A stretch of DNA of 62,216 nt, counting the filler, from Globobulimina sp. (lineage: Eukaryota), in assembly GCA_003354225.1 (NCBI GenBank). It is 14 parts of 14 records of this genome, joined end to end, with 100 filler letters (N's around TTAATTAATTAA, not from the genome) between each part and the next. Parts side by side here need not be neighbours in the genome. Positions count along the whole stretch, not along the records: positions 57,870 to 62,216 come from PIVH01001329.1; 13 more parts are not named here. One strand, given 5' to 3'. The translations under genes were made by a program, and so were the position numbers. Each line of letters opens with the position of its first letter. The stretch's first letter is position 1. This document shows positions 60,186 through 62,216 of the stretch, one piece after another. Under the pieces are notes generated by a model. It was not told the DNA's origin. It saw nothing but the letters and a program-made list of their open reading frames with translations, and did not search any database.

Positions 60186-60443
60186 TTAGGAACATTTAAT
60201 GTATGAAATATCAGTTTGTCGTAACAAGGTGTATGGATATGTGCCAATCGGTGTTTGTAACTGTTTGATTAACAATTGAGACTGATCAGATCGAGTGCCC
60301 AACAAAATTCCACTCACTACGGTTCCATTCACCATATGAATTTCAATGCGTTTGTTTTTGATAGACGTCCAAAATGATAGTACCTTTGCTCGATTTATTG
60401 CATTTTGTTGCTGTAGCTTTGTTTGTTTTGAGTCTGCTGACAT
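60186..60443 (-). CDS. GEMIN7: Gemin7 (SMN complex, Sm-like fold)
   Basis: QLQTPIG...LLR.TDI matches the Gemin7 signature (human QLQTPIGVQAEALLRCSDI). Confidence 0.8.
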   Translation of the reverse strand: MSADSKQTKLQQQNAINRAKVLSFWTSIKNKRIEIHMVNGTVVSGILLGTRSDQSQLLIKQLQTPIGTYPYTLLRQTDISYIKCS

Positions 60444-60531
60444 GGTGCAAGGTGCACGGTTTTTCTAATTCAAGATAACAACCTATTAAATTTTAAGTCA
60501 AGTACTATAAACCATACAAGTTACATAAATA

Positions 60532-62216
60532 ATGTCCCATCGTGCTCGTGGGAAATCCCAAGCAGAAAGACTAAACGCATTACGCTCCTCTGTGGATGAA
60601 CGCATCAACAACATATGCCACGACCGTAGTGAATGGGTCAACATCTGTCGTCGTAAATTATTAGAGATGGAAACGCGAAATATTCACCGCAGAGCCAAAC
60701 ATTGGACAGAAAAAGTCAACGAAAAGATAAAAGAAATCAATTCTCGCTTAAATTTAGACTCGCAAATCTTCAGCAGCATCACCAAGAAATTCCAATATAA
60801 CGTAGACAGTGAGGCAATGAAGAAACACTTAGCATTTCTAATCTCATGGCGCGGTCTCAAAACACGCCAAATCCAAAACGCGCCCAAAACTTATTTACAG
60901 TTTGAGAACAAAGCCAAAAACTGGCTCAATGGTCGCAGGGCGCCCAATTACGCCGCCACATTGTTCCCAGAAATGATAAAAAAGTCTGAGATCTACGCAG
61001 AGCGGGTATCGAGGCGCATATTTGCAAACAATCCGACCCACTTAAAAATGTACTGCAAAATCTGTATTATCGGCTTTCTGTCTTCATTGTGCTCTGCGCG
61101 AATCTCTTTGAACGACGCCTCCAAAAAAGCGTACTTAATCTGCGAAAACAGTGTGAAAACGGGCAAGACGGCGGTATCGCAAATATTACAGCGGTATGCC
61201 TCGGACCATCCGTATCAGGACAAGTTCCCTTCGCATTTGCGCGAAGCCTCTGACTTCTTTGAGAATAAATATATGGAATTAGTGTCTGATTTTGGTATAG
61301 AGCTAACTCAAAAAAAGAGACAAGAACAGTTGGAGTATGCCAAGAATGCAGGGGGCTGCGTTCTGGATATTATCAACCAATCCAATGATCCGAATAGTTC
61401 ACAGTCGCAGTCAGATAGTAATAATTCTGTACATTCTGGCTCTGCCTCGCTGACAAATAATGTATGTGTGCTTTGCGCGAAATTGCGTACAGTTTGTACG
61501 CGAAAATGGTTTGTATTTGATTTGTAGGGAGCAGCTGCAGAGAATGGCCATGGATTATCGTGTATCACGCATTCGATAATGAAAGATATCACCAGTTCCG
61601 ATGGCAATTTGAATGCAATATCAATGTCCATTGACCAGTTTAATAAATTGGCGCAGTTTTTAAGTGGAATGGTGTCGAATCAGAAGACACAGCAAAGTAC
61701 GATTAATGATTTAGTGACACGGGTGCAACATTTGGAGACGCAGCAACAGAAAATGTTGGCGGAGGTCTGCAGCAATACCCCGCGGAGTATGGACACCCCA
61801 CAATTTAGCCATCCCTCATATAGCAACAACACGGACAACAGCAATAACAGCAATAATAGCAATAATAGCAGTAATATGCCACAATATGTGCCAATACCAC
61901 CCACTGCACAGAGACAGCAACAGCTGCCACCACAGCCACTGCCACAGCAGCCACATTTATTTGTGCCCAAAATAACGAAAACCACTGACCGGACACAGCC
62001 AAATATATCTCCGCAACAGGCGTATCATATAAATAATATGCAACCGGTGCAGCAGCACATGCATAACATAGCAAATGTGCAAAATATGAGCAATATTAAC
62101 ATGAATATGCATCCGCGACATCTGAATATGAACATGCATATGAACAGAATAAATAATATAAATATGAATAATAATGCTATTAATAATGTGTTAGGCGTAG
62201 CTGCGCCGCAAATGAA
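60532..62216 (+). CDS. Hypothetical protein with Q/N/P-rich C-terminus; intron 61462-61527; runs off window
   Basis: AAT|GTATGT...TTTGTAG|GGA keeps the frame open into a Q/N/M-rich tail. Confidence 0.65.

Overview
This window is not one locus. It is 14 unrelated contigs of about 4.35 kb, sorted by decreasing length (4358 to 4347 bp) and joined by 13 artificial 100-nt linkers (44 N + TTAATTAATTAA + 44 N). Adjacency means something only within a contig. Most contigs come from an AT-rich, gene-dense protist with mostly short (about 50-80 nt) GT-AG introns and standard-code stops. The gene style (expanded Kelch, RCC1, ART-like, TRAF and LRR families) suggests a foraminiferan/rhizarian, which is an inference. 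Recognisable genes include DNA pol delta, Prp4, Gemin7, G-beta, a cAMP-receptor-like GPCR, NADP-GDH, an SDG2/ATXR3-like SET protein, prolylcarboxypeptidase, GH2, GH99, a Nudix hydrolase, and tRNA-Ala(CGC). At least three contigs appear chimeric inside coding sequence: ISWI with a nucleotidyltransferase, GH2 with a bacterial LPG-synthase/pilB segment, and Prp4 with a bacterial hydantoinase-HDAC operon. This pattern is typical of whole-genome-amplified single cells carrying bacteria and prey DNA. One contig is a Ty3/gypsy Gag-Pol and one is gene-free repetitive DNA. I found no convincing new multi-gene system. The best leads are a CCA-enzyme-fold nucleotidyltransferase lacking its templating motif, an in-frame TGA inside a Kelch repeat, a collapsed 57-nt tRNA-like Pol III unit, several small MITE-like elements, and tight GPCR-G-beta and Gemin7-Prp4 linkages.
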